Assembly (NCBI GenBank): GCA_013329905.1
Contig: DUJH01000016.1
Span: 22,192-67,261, forward strand
DNA from: Candidatus Thalassarchaeaceae archaeon
GTDB taxonomy: Archaea > Thermoplasmatota > Poseidoniia > Poseidoniales > Thalassarchaeaceae
Length of the DNA: 45,070 bases
Direction of reading: 5' to 3'
In this document: in pieces, positions 1 to 8,186 of the stretch
How the letters are laid out: every line of letters begins with the position of its first letter
Numbering within the stretch: the stretch's first letter is position 1
Notes under the pieces: model-generated
Told to the model about the DNA's origin: nothing
Databases searched by the model: none
The model's input: only the letters and a program-made list of their open reading frames with translations
Translations under genes and position numbers: made by a program

Positions 1-327
1 TGACATCTCATCAGGAATCGGAATAGCTCTCTCTGCGGAGATTTGAACCGATTGTGAGTATCCTCCGAATCCAGTCATCGCAAGCACGCGCTGACCGACT
101 TCGAGACCTTCTACTCCTTCACCAATCGCCGAGATCACTCCGCTTGCCTCATATCCGGGTGTAAATGGAAAATCCGGCGCCGACCCGTAGAGTCCTTGCC
201 GCATCATCAGGTCGGCGAAATTAATCCCTGCTCGTGACACCCGCACACGAACTTCTCCAGGTCCCGGAATGGTCTCCTCAAACTTCTCAATAGCAATTGA
301 ATCGAGCCCTCCGGCTTTCGTATACAT
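1..327 (-). CDS. Quinone oxidoreductase / zinc-type alcohol dehydrogenase (MDR) superfamily protein, N-terminal 109 aa only (gene runs off the window)
   Basis: Hand translation of the minus strand from the ATG (rc of 325-327) gives MYTKAGGLDSIAIEKFEETIPGPGEVRVRVSRAGINFADLMMRQGLYGSAPDFPFTPGYEASGVISAIGEGVEGLEVGQRVLAM... This is the GroES-like N-domain pattern of Qor/MDR enzymes. It is absent from the ORF track because no stop lies in the window. Confidence 0.75.
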   Translation of the reverse strand, partial: MYTKAGGLDSIAIEKFEETIPGPGEVRVRVSRAGINFADLMMRQGLYGSAPDFPFTPGYEASGVISAIGEGVEGLEVGQRVLAMTGFGGYSQSVQISAERAIPIPDEMS

Positions 328-339
328 AATTCGTTCCAT

Positions 340-654
340 TCACTCACCCATTCGAAATTCACTCGCCGGCTTACCTCCGGCGAGATGCTCGACGATGCGT
401 GCGATAGCCGCATCGTCGTCAGGAATAGTATACCAGATTCCATCTGGATAAATGACACAAGAGACTCCCAGCTCGCAGCGGTCGAGACAACCTGATTTGT
501 TCACTCTTACATCGCTGATTCCAGCAGCACGAGCAGCCCGCTTTAGCCGCGTCATCACATCGAGTGAGTTCTTCGCAGCACAACATTCTCGTGGCTTGCT
601 TGGGTCACGCTGATTCGTACAGACGAAAGCGTGTAAACGAAATTCTTTCGACAT
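340..654 (-). CDS. Thioredoxin-like [2Fe-2S] ferredoxin
   Basis: 104 aa. The Cys pattern FVCTNQR...RECC...SGCLDRCELG is typical of (2Fe-2S) ferredoxin-domain proteins. It is tightly spaced with flanking minus-strand genes. Confidence 0.7.
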   Translation of the reverse strand: MSKEFRLHAFVCTNQRDPSKPRECCAAKNSLDVMTRLKRAARAAGISDVRVNKSGCLDRCELGVSCVIYPDGIWYTIPDDDAAIARIVEHLAGGKPASEFRMGE

Positions 655-663
655 AAATTCACC

Positions 664-990
664 TCAAATCTCATCGAATTTGGCGGCCAAAATGAAGTCG
701 GATTCGGTTAGCCCGTCAATCTTGTGTGTCCAGATGAGAGCCTTTACTCGGCCCCAGCCTAATTCGAAGTCGGCGTGATGCCCCTGTTGCTCGCAGATAG
801 CGCCGGCTGCATTGACAAAATCAAGCGCCGATTCAAAGTCAGAAAAAGTCCAGACTCGCTCAAGATGGTGGCCATCTATTACATCCCAATCGGAATTCAC
901 TTCCGACTTCATTCCCTCCGCTTCTTGAGCGGTCATCGGAGGTATACCTCCTTTGCAAGGAATACATTCCCGATTCGCAAGGTCTGACAT
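664..990 (-). CDS. phhB: Pterin-4a-carbinolamine dehydratase (PCD/PhhB family)
   Basis: 108 aa. Contains CIPCKGG...W...LERVWTFSDFESALDFVNAAGAICEQQGHHADFELGWGRVKALIWTHKIDGLTESDFILAAKFD, which matches the PCD fold signature (HHP/HHAD ... TH ... GLT..D). Confidence 0.8.
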   Translation of the reverse strand: MSDLANRECIPCKGGIPPMTAQEAEGMKSEVNSDWDVIDGHHLERVWTFSDFESALDFVNAAGAICEQQGHHADFELGWGRVKALIWTHKIDGLTESDFILAAKFDEI

Positions 991-993
991 ATT

Positions 994-1449
994 TCATCCC
1001 CAAAGATGGCTGTCATCAGAGCCGCCATCGGCTTGGCGTTCGGCTTGTTCGTGAACGTTTGAGCGCCGCCGCATATCTTCTTTCTCGAAGGTTAGCAGCT
1101 CCTCATCTTCGATGTATGATTTGCGAAGGTGAGTCACCAGACGTACTTCGACAATGACGTCGCGGGCAATTGAGCGGTATTGACTGTCCGCGTCTAGCAT
1201 CTCTACCGCATTTCGTGAGGTGGCGAGTAGCATCCCGCGTACCCATGGGTCAACATCTTCTCGCAATGCGCGGGCATCGATTAGTAATTCGATTAGGTCA
1301 TCTTTGCGAAGTCCACTCCTTCTATCGATCAAGGGACCGAAGAAGATGTCCTGTCGACCGTCCAGATTCGTGGCTCCATATTCCTTCGCAAGACGCTTCG
1401 CCCAGTCGGGTAGGTCGTCGATTCTCTTACCGCGGCGTTCACCGGTCAT
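994..1449 (-). CDS. Hypothetical protein (start uncertain; the ORF extends to 1641)
   Basis: The ORF track gives 994..1641 (215 aa). The first 64 codons would overlap the divergent GTPase gene, so I prefer the internal ATG at 1449 (MTGERRGKRIDDLPDWAKRL...). No recognisable family motif. Confidence 0.4.
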   Translation of the reverse strand: MTGERRGKRIDDLPDWAKRLAKEYGATNLDGRQDIFFGPLIDRRSGLRKDDLIELLIDARALREDVDPWVRGMLLATSRNAVEMLDADSQYRSIARDVIVEVRLVTHLRKSYIEDEELLTFEKEDMRRRSNVHEQAERQADGGSDDSHLWG

Positions 1450-1528
1450 GGGGTCGCGTGCAGATGGCCATAGAAAAGCACGCTGATTGAAGAAGGATGA
1501 GCGGAGCCGCTTGGACGGAGGAGAGGTC

Positions 1529-2662
1529 ATGGCTTCGGTGGAGTGGCGTAGGATTCCGACTGTTCTGTATCCACAGGAGGTCTTGGACAAGGCATTCCGT
1601 CGCGCCAGCAAGCAATCACTCCTAGTCGAGGATCCCGACAAGTATCATCGTGTCCGCAAGCAGATGTCGCGGATGGTACAGGCTGCCAGTGACACGATTG
1701 CTGAGACTTTGTTGAAGTGGATTGACTTGTGGCCCAGCCTCAATGCGCAATCCTCCTTCGATCAAGCACTGGTCGATGCGGCGGTTGGAGCGGACGAATT
1801 CCGCAAGAATCTCGGCGCAATTCAGTGGGCCGCTGAGAGAGTCCGAAAAATCGCCGGTGAATCGCAAGCGAAGATGCTGAGATTCCGTTCAATAGAGCCA
1901 TTTCACGCCGAACGCAGGCATGCCTATGGTCGGATGTCATCAATCATTGAACAAATCAGCGACAATATCCTCTGGTTGGGGGAGGCCCGCGACATTCTGA
2001 GGCAACTCCCATCAATCGATGCCGCAGAGCCGTGCATCGTTGTCGCGGGCGCGCCCAATGTAGGTAAGTCCGCGTTAATCACTGAACTTTCAAGCGGCGA
2101 ACCTGAGGTTGCCGCTTACCCATTCACTACTAAGCGCCTGCACGTAGGGCATTTCGAACACCGCAGGCGAACCTACCAGATGGTCGATACACCAGGTTTG
2201 CTCGACCGCCCGATGGTCGACCGTAATCAAATCGAAATGCAGGCTATCGCCGCTTTGGAGAACGTCGGAGATGTTGTTCTCTTCCTCATCGACCTATCTG
2301 AGAAGAGCGGAATTAGCCGTGAGGATCAGGAACACCTCCTAGGTGAGGTCCGAGGGCTCCTCGCCGAGAGGCCACTCATCCTTGTCCATTCCAAGTCAGA
2401 CTTGCACGAATTGATTGAGGGAGATGAAGAAGTCATTCGCATCAGTTCGCACACAGGCCAAGGAATCGATGAGCTGCGAAGCCTGCTAATCGAGTCAATA
2501 GCCGCCGATGAGGTGAGCGACCCCCTTGCTCTGCCAGAGACATGGCCTCGTCAGGTGGAGGAGATCGAGCCTGTTGGCTCGCCAGAAGAGATTCTAGCAC
2601 GCAGAGAAGAAGCGATACGCAATTCGCCCAGACCTAAGCGTGGTCGGCGAGACAACCGTTGA
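1529..2662 (+). CDS. NOG1-family GTP-binding protein (archaeal Nog1-like)
   Basis: Has the N-terminal NOG1 helical region (RIPTVLYPQEVLDKAFRRASK). G1 is GAPNVGKS, G3 is DTPG, and HSKSD is NKxD-like. The ORF opens at 1487, but ATG 1529 (MASVEWRRIP) matches the usual family N-terminus. Confidence 0.8.
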   Translation: MASVEWRRIPTVLYPQEVLDKAFRRASKQSLLVEDPDKYHRVRKQMSRMVQAASDTIAETLLKWIDLWPSLNAQSSFDQALVDAAVGADEFRKNLGAIQWAAERVRKIAGESQAKMLRFRSIEPFHAERRHAYGRMSSIIEQISDNILWLGEARDILRQLPSIDAAEPCIVVAGAPNVGKSALITELSSGEPEVAAYPFTTKRLHVGHFEHRRRTYQMVDTPGLLDRPMVDRNQIEMQAIAALENVGDVVLFLIDLSEKSGISREDQEHLLGEVRGLLAERPLILVHSKSDLHELIEGDEEVIRISSHTGQGIDELRSLLIESIAADEVSDPLALPETWPRQVEEIEPVGSPEEILARREEAIRNSPRPKRGRRDNR

Positions 2663-2679
2663 TTGTGTGCAGCCGCGCA

Positions 2680-2799
2680 TCATTCAGCGTGGAACTGAGC
2701 CCCACAAGTGACGCAGTAGATGGTGTGGCCACCGTGAGATCTTGCAAGACCCTCGGCCCTAATCTGAGCACCGCATGTTTTGCACTCGGTAACCGCCAT
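2680..2799 (-). CDS. Candidate small CxxCG/CxxCG zinc-ribbon protein (39 aa from ATG 2799; the ORF extends to 2895)
   Basis: MAVTECKTCGAQIRAEGLARSHGGHTIYCVTCGAQFHAE carries two CxxCG knuckles 21 residues apart. Other frames in this 225-nt gap give no motif. Small size makes the call uncertain. Confidence 0.35.
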   Translation of the reverse strand: MAVTECKTCGAQIRAEGLARSHGGHTIYCVTCGAQFHAE

Positions 2800-2887
2800 G
2801 CACCCTCGAGGGTCAACCAGTTCTTCAACCCTCTCGGGACCGTTGTATGGTTCTTCCAATGACTGATTACACTCTGTGGTGAATCTA

Positions 2888-3472
2888 TCAAGCATTGACG
2901 AACTTCTTCCAGAAGAGCTTGATTGGGAAAATCATCTCGAAACCTCCAACCATCAGTAATATCCCTATGAGAGCGAGCATAATTTCGCCGACAGTCGAGA
3001 TGTGAATTGAGGTGCTGATAGTCACCAATTGGTCGTCGAGATTCGCCCCATCACGTCCAGCGCTGGTAAAGCGATAATCGCCTGGCTCGAGAGAGAAAGT
3101 GAATTCATCGTCATAATCCGGGCCCCCCGCAACGAACTCAAAATCCTCCGCCTCACAGGTAGTCAATCCATTGGAGTCCGGCGGACAAGATTCTGCATAG
3201 TCAGCGTCGACAACGCCGATCCAAGCCTTTGCCGGCTCGCTCCACTCGATAGTCACTTGAACATCGAGCAAACTGAATCCCCAGGGGACATAGAAGTTCG
3301 AGCCGGTCATTCCGACTGGACATCCTCCTGCGTCGTCGTCCAAACATGGAACTGTTGTAGCGCTGACACGCGTCTCCTCGAGGTTGATTCCAACAAGACT
3401 CGCGGTGACCAAAATCAGGCATACGAATCCGACGAATCCGGGAAGGACTCCGAGGACTCGAACCATCTTCAT
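2888..3472 (-). CDS. Hypothetical secreted/membrane-anchored protein
   Basis: 194 aa. It has an N-terminal hydrophobic signal/anchor (VLGVLPGFVGFVCLILVTASLVG) and a C-terminal TM (IMLALIGILLMVGGF). No family motif recognised. Confidence 0.55.
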   Translation of the reverse strand: MKMVRVLGVLPGFVGFVCLILVTASLVGINLEETRVSATTVPCLDDDAGGCPVGMTGSNFYVPWGFSLLDVQVTIEWSEPAKAWIGVVDADYAESCPPDSNGLTTCEAEDFEFVAGGPDYDDEFTFSLEPGDYRFTSAGRDGANLDDQLVTISTSIHISTVGEIMLALIGILLMVGGFEMIFPIKLFWKKFVNA

Positions 3473-3520
3473 GCAGATTGCCCCATTGTGCTGAGTGTTG
3501 AACCTGACGATGCCTCGTCG

Positions 3521-3829
3521 TCACAGAGATGAGAGTAATGCGAGAAGAATAGCAATTGCTGGGAAGAGATAGAGCATGATTGTCAGACGCTTCCTTGACT
3601 TTTCTCGTTTCTCGTTCGTTGCTTCGCACTCCTCGTCGGAGCACACCGGGGGTTCTGCTTTGAGCGGGATAGGCGCCCAGCAGACTGAGCAGTGCCTATG
3701 TGGGCTGACTCCAGATGCGCTGGTGGTTCGCTTGCTCCGGCCGCGCTCACGCGCGGCCGTATCTCTTGCCTGAGCCGCTGTTCTTGTTGCGGCCTTTGCA
3801 ATTCTGTCCTTCCGACTCATACGAATCAC
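3521..3829 (-). CDS. DUF2116-like zinc-ribbon protein with C-terminal TM helix
   Basis: HRHCSVCWAPIP...PVCSDEECEATNEKREKSRKR followed by IMLYLFPAIAILLALLSSL matches the H-C-x2-C...C-S-x2-C pattern of archaeal DUF2116. It directly abuts the pyrH stop. Confidence 0.6.
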   Translation of the reverse strand: MIRMSRKDRIAKAATRTAAQARDTAARERGRSKRTTSASGVSPHRHCSVCWAPIPLKAEPPVCSDEECEATNEKREKSRKRLTIMLYLFPAIAILLALLSSL

Positions 3830-4540
3830 TCATTCTTCTTCGGACTCGATCACAGTGCCCTCGAAAGCCTCGCCTTCGATGGCGGATCGGATGAGGGCTG
3901 GTTTTCGTCCGTCGAGGATGCACAAGGTCATCCTCGCTTCGGCAGCGTCGGCCACTCCCATGGGGTCGACGACGCCGGTTGGTCCTGCGCGATTGTGTTC
4001 GGCTGGCCCAACGATTTCCTGTAATTCATCGTGGGTCAATGAGTCGTAAGAACGGGCGTCCGCGTCTGTTCGTGGATCTGAAGTATAGACGCGGTCGACA
4101 TTGGTGCCGATGATGCAGCGGTCGGCTCCGCTAGCGATTGCTAGGCGGATGGCGACTGCGTCGGTCGTATGGCCAGGGGTCGTACCACCCATGACCACGA
4201 CCGGTCTCTCGTCGAAGAGCATGGTCGCTTCGTTAATCGAATGAGGAATGGTTCCTGAGACCATGACTCCGGCATCAGCCAGCGCCTCTCGCACCATTGT
4301 AGCGTTCAGACGAGTCGCTGCGATGCCGATTCGGTCGAGGCGATCCTCGTTATCGACAATTGGGCGAGCGAGGGCAATTCCCTCCCTCGCCGGAGCGCCT
4401 CCGCCGACGACAATTCCGATTCTATCGTCGACCGTAACACGGTCGCGGATGATGCCAACAAGCTCCTCAAGCCACGCGTGTCGCTCGTCGACCTCGGGCC
4501 TCAGAAGACTGCCTCCGAGGGCGAGTACTATGGTCGCCAT
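3830..4540 (-). CDS. pyrH: Uridylate (UMP) kinase, archaeal type
   Basis: MATIVLALGGSLL..., GGGAPAREGI and MGGTTPGHTTDAVAIRLA form the amino-acid-kinase fold pattern of archaeal PyrH. The ORF opens at 4570, but ATG 4540 fits the family N-terminus. Confidence 0.85.
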   Translation of the reverse strand: MATIVLALGGSLLRPEVDERHAWLEELVGIIRDRVTVDDRIGIVVGGGAPAREGIALARPIVDNEDRLDRIGIAATRLNATMVREALADAGVMVSGTIPHSINEATMLFDERPVVVMGGTTPGHTTDAVAIRLAIASGADRCIIGTNVDRVYTSDPRTDADARSYDSLTHDELQEIVGPAEHNRAGPTGVVDPMGVADAAEARMTLCILDGRKPALIRSAIEGEAFEGTVIESEEE

Positions 4541-4640
4541 CGTCCATTCGGGGATGAGTGCCCCTTTCAATGCCTTCGTTGGATACGCGCGAGAGGGTTG
4601 AAATGCCGCTTGCTGCGGCCTTGCGGATGGAGGCTTTGCT

Positions 4641-5888
4641 ATGGCTGATGACTTGGAGATGCAGCAGCGAAGGCTGCGTATGAAGAAGTCCTTCGAGGAG
4701 CTTCAAGGCATGCGCGGGATGGGCACCGAACTCGTCACCGTAATCATCCCGCCAGACCGACTGATTAGTGATGTCAGAGGTCAGCTAGGGCAAGAGTCTG
4801 CTCAAGCAGCCAACATCAAGTCGAAGTCGACTCGAAAGCACGTAGGAGATGCCATCGAGTCGGCTATCGCAGTTCTAAATCGCTACAAAACAGCGGGGGA
4901 GAACGGCCTAGGAATTTTCGTGGGCCACGTAATCGTGGGGAATAACAAGTCTCGTTTGGTCACTGTTGTAATCGATGACCCACCAGAGATTTTCTCATCA
5001 TTCCGATATCGCTGCGATTCAACATTCGAACTCACCCAACTCGAGGACATGCTGATCGATCGCACCTCATACGGACTTTTCGTCATCGACCGCGGCGAAG
5101 CCGCTTTCGGAATCGCCACGGGTAAGCGCATCCATTGTCAGGAGGAATTGCAATCCAATATCATGGGTAAGCACCGACAAGGAGGTCAATCAGCCCAGAG
5201 ATTCGAGAGATTGATCGAGGAGGCTGCTCATAATTTCTTCAAGCGGGCCACCGAGCACGCCTGCAATTACTGGCTACCAAATATCGCCGACATCAAAGGA
5301 ATCATCGTCGGTGGCCCTGGCCAAACCAAGGACTTCGTCGTGAAGAACGACTATTTCCACCACGAGATCAAGAAATTGGTTCGCGAGCCCTTCTTCGACG
5401 TTGGCTACTCGAATGAGAGTGGCCTAAGGGAACTCGTTCAGCGCGCGGGCGCGCTGATGGATCAGATTGAACTTGATGCTGAGCGTAAGATCGTCGACAA
5501 TTTCCTGCGCGAGGTTATGCAGGCCCATCCCAAGGCGACCTATGGTGAGATGATGATTAGGTCGGCGCTCGATCAGGGCGCTGTCGATATGTTGCTGCTT
5601 TCTGAGGGGCTGCGAAAGCGCCGTGTTGGATGGAGATGCAAGCCCTGCAAGCACGAATGGGAAGCGAGTCAGAACCATCGCTCGGAGATTCCAGATTGTC
5701 CGAAATGTGATTCGGAGGATGTCAAGGAAGATCCAGATAGAACCATGGATATGATTGATGAATTGACACAATTAGCGGGACACACTTCTGCCAAGGTGCG
5801 TTTGATTTCGATGGATTCCGAGGAGGGTGCGACCCTTTACACTTCATTCGGCGGAATCGCTGCAATGCTGAGGTACTCTCTTACTTGA
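4641..5888 (+). CDS. prf1: Peptide chain release factor aRF1
   Basis: 415 aa. Carries the NIKS motif (ANIKSKSTRK) and GGQ motif (HRQGGQSAQRF) and has the eRF1/aRF1 three-domain length. Confidence 0.95.
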   Translation: MADDLEMQQRRLRMKKSFEELQGMRGMGTELVTVIIPPDRLISDVRGQLGQESAQAANIKSKSTRKHVGDAIESAIAVLNRYKTAGENGLGIFVGHVIVGNNKSRLVTVVIDDPPEIFSSFRYRCDSTFELTQLEDMLIDRTSYGLFVIDRGEAAFGIATGKRIHCQEELQSNIMGKHRQGGQSAQRFERLIEEAAHNFFKRATEHACNYWLPNIADIKGIIVGGPGQTKDFVVKNDYFHHEIKKLVREPFFDVGYSNESGLRELVQRAGALMDQIELDAERKIVDNFLREVMQAHPKATYGEMMIRSALDQGAVDMLLLSEGLRKRRVGWRCKPCKHEWEASQNHRSEIPDCPKCDSEDVKEDPDRTMDMIDELTQLAGHTSAKVRLISMDSEEGATLYTSFGGIAAMLRYSLT

Positions 5889-5889
5889 G

Positions 5890-7626
5890 GTGGATGAAAT
5901 GCGAGATTTGGTAGAAGCGATTCGCCCCCTTCTCAAAGCGGTCATGTCTGATTTGGAGGTGGGTGAGGAAGATTGGTCTGGGCTGCTCGCCGGCTCGACA
6001 GTTTCGGACTTCGCTGATGTTGCGATGCCGTGCCATTCTCTGTCGCGGGTTTTGCGTAAGTCTCCGGCTGTAATTGCAGAGGATATGTTGGCTGGTTTAG
6101 GTTCCAGTACCGCGGGGATTTGCACGGTCAGTTCGGTCAATGGCTTCCTCAATTTCACCGCTGATTCTGAGTGGTTGTCGATGCGGATGGAGGAGGCGGC
6201 TGCCGATGAGCGGCTCCGTGTTGCCGTCGAAGACTCCCGCATCATTGTCATCGACTATTCTTCACCAAATGTCGCGAAGCACATGCATGTTGGACACCTC
6301 CGATCCACGGTCATCGGTGATGCACTGAATCGCATGCTTACCTACAAGGGACATACAGTCGTACCTGAGAACCACGTTGGTGATTGGGGCACGCCATTCG
6401 GTATGCTCATCGAGCATCTTATCGATATCGGCGTCGAGACTCCTCCTGACGAGATTGATCTCGGTTCATTCTACTCTGATGCTCGCAGTAAATTCGATTC
6501 CGACGCTGCCTTTGCCGACCGCGCGCGTAAGAGAGTAGTTCGGATGCAAGCGAGTGAGCCAGAGACGATTGCTCACTGGCATATGCTCGTGAATCGCTCG
6601 TTGCTCCACTTCAACGATGTCTACCAGATGATGGGAGTTCTGCTGACCGATGATGACCTTGCTGGTGAGTCGAAGTACGAGGCAGCGCTGCCGGATGTTG
6701 TCGATATGTTAGCAGCGGCAGGGCTGCTTGAGGAGAGCGAGGGAGCTAAGGTAGTCTATCCTGAGGGTTGGATAAATCGCGAGGGTGAGCCGCTGCCTCT
6801 GATTATCCAGAAGGCTGACGGTGGCTACAATTATGCAACCAGCGACCTCGCCTGTATCATCGATAGGATTCAGAATGTCGGCAGCCGAGATTTCCTCTAC
6901 GTAGTCGGCGCCGAGCAGGCTCAGCACTTCGCGATGGTATTCGAAGTAGCGCGAAGTGCTGGCTTTATGGACGAGTCCGTCAATGCTATTCACGTTCCAT
7001 TCGGCCTCGTTTTGGGAACAGATGGCAAGAAACTCGCGAGCAGGACAGGAGGCGCTGTGCAACTCAAGGACCTACTCGTCGAAGCAGTCGAAAGGGCTGA
7101 TTCGCTCATCGCAGAGAAGAACCCAGAACTCCCTGCAGATGAGCGCGCCGAAGTTGCTCACATGCTTGGAATCGGCTCTGTAAAGTATGCCGACCTATCC
7201 ACAGATCGAACCAATAATTACACATTTGACTGGGAGAAGATGCTCTCCTTCGAAGGTAATACTGCACCCTATCTGCAGTACGCACACGCACGTATCTGCA
7301 GCATCTTCTCCAAGGCCGAAATCGAGCGAGATAGTATCCAGAATGCCTCAATCTCGCTCGATGATGAGCGCGAAGCAACACTTGCCAGAGCCATCATTGC
7401 TTTCCCCCAAGCGCTCGACTTGGCCTGTGCAACCCACTCGCCGCACAAGTTAGCCACACAACTCCACGCAATCGCCCAGGCCTTCGCTTCATTCTACGAA
7501 TCCTGCCCCGTCCTCGCATCCGAGGGCTCGACCCGAGAGAGTCGCTTGGCCCTTTGTGATCTGACGGCCAGAACTCTCGAAACCGGACTTTCACTCCTCG
7601 GAATTAGCGTCCCTCAACGAATGTGA
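5890..7626 (+). CDS. argS: Arginine--tRNA ligase
   Basis: 578 aa. Has a class-I HIGH-type motif (SPNVAKHMHVGHLRS) and a C-terminal DALR anticodon-binding signature (APYLQYAHARICSI). GTG at 5890 lies 1 nt after the aRF1 stop; an alternative ATG is at 5899. Confidence 0.95.
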   Translation: MDEMRDLVEAIRPLLKAVMSDLEVGEEDWSGLLAGSTVSDFADVAMPCHSLSRVLRKSPAVIAEDMLAGLGSSTAGICTVSSVNGFLNFTADSEWLSMRMEEAAADERLRVAVEDSRIIVIDYSSPNVAKHMHVGHLRSTVIGDALNRMLTYKGHTVVPENHVGDWGTPFGMLIEHLIDIGVETPPDEIDLGSFYSDARSKFDSDAAFADRARKRVVRMQASEPETIAHWHMLVNRSLLHFNDVYQMMGVLLTDDDLAGESKYEAALPDVVDMLAAAGLLEESEGAKVVYPEGWINREGEPLPLIIQKADGGYNYATSDLACIIDRIQNVGSRDFLYVVGAEQAQHFAMVFEVARSAGFMDESVNAIHVPFGLVLGTDGKKLASRTGGAVQLKDLLVEAVERADSLIAEKNPELPADERAEVAHMLGIGSVKYADLSTDRTNNYTFDWEKMLSFEGNTAPYLQYAHARICSIFSKAEIERDSIQNASISLDDEREATLARAIIAFPQALDLACATHSPHKLATQLHAIAQAFASFYESCPVLASEGSTRESRLALCDLTARTLETGLSLLGISVPQRM

Positions 7627-7700
7627 GTGAGCCAAAGCCAGAGTGATTTGGGGCAATTCGCCTCGCGCGACCTTGAAATTGGTGATTCCCTCGCGCTGTC

Positions 7701-8159
7701 ATGGTTTCAGTAGGCGACATGGCACCCGATTTCGAATTGATGGCTTTCGACAAGACAATGTTTCGACTCTCCGATTCAATCGGAAATCGAGTCGTGATCC
7801 TGTTCTATCCTGCAGCATTCACAGGCGTCTGTAGCAAGGAAATGTGCACCTTCACCGATTCGATGAATCGCCTCGAAGCCGCTGAAGCCGAAGTCCTCGG
7901 CATCTCAGTAGATGGCATATTTGCCAATGCGGCATTCGCTGACGCCAACGAAATTGGCTTCCCACTTCTTTCAGACACTGACCGCATCGCCACCGATGCA
8001 TACGGCGTAGGCATTCCATTCGTCATGCCGGATTATATCGCAGCCCAGCGCTCGGTCTTCGTAATCGAGGCAAATGGCAAAATCAGTTATGCTTGGATTG
8101 CCGAGAACCCGGGAATCGAGCCAGACTACGAAGCCGTTCTATCACACCTCGAAAATTGA
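7701..8159 (+). CDS. Peroxiredoxin (AhpC/TSA family, Bcp/PrxQ-like)
   Basis: 152 aa. Contains FYPAAFTGVCSKEMC, the PxxxTxxC peroxidatic Cys motif. Confidence 0.85.
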   Translation: MVSVGDMAPDFELMAFDKTMFRLSDSIGNRVVILFYPAAFTGVCSKEMCTFTDSMNRLEAAEAEVLGISVDGIFANAAFADANEIGFPLLSDTDRIATDAYGVGIPFVMPDYIAAQRSVFVIEANGKISYAWIAENPGIEPDYEAVLSHLEN

Positions 8160-8186
8160 TTCGAGAGCGCGATGCGCGCTCGGCGT

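Noticed and set aside
1450-1641. Mutually overlapping 5' extensions of the divergent hypothetical gene (to 1641) and the GTPase gene (from 1487)
   Set aside because: Both long forms cannot easily coexist. Internal ATGs at 1449 and 1529 leave a sensible 79-nt divergent promoter region and match the NOG1 family N-terminus.
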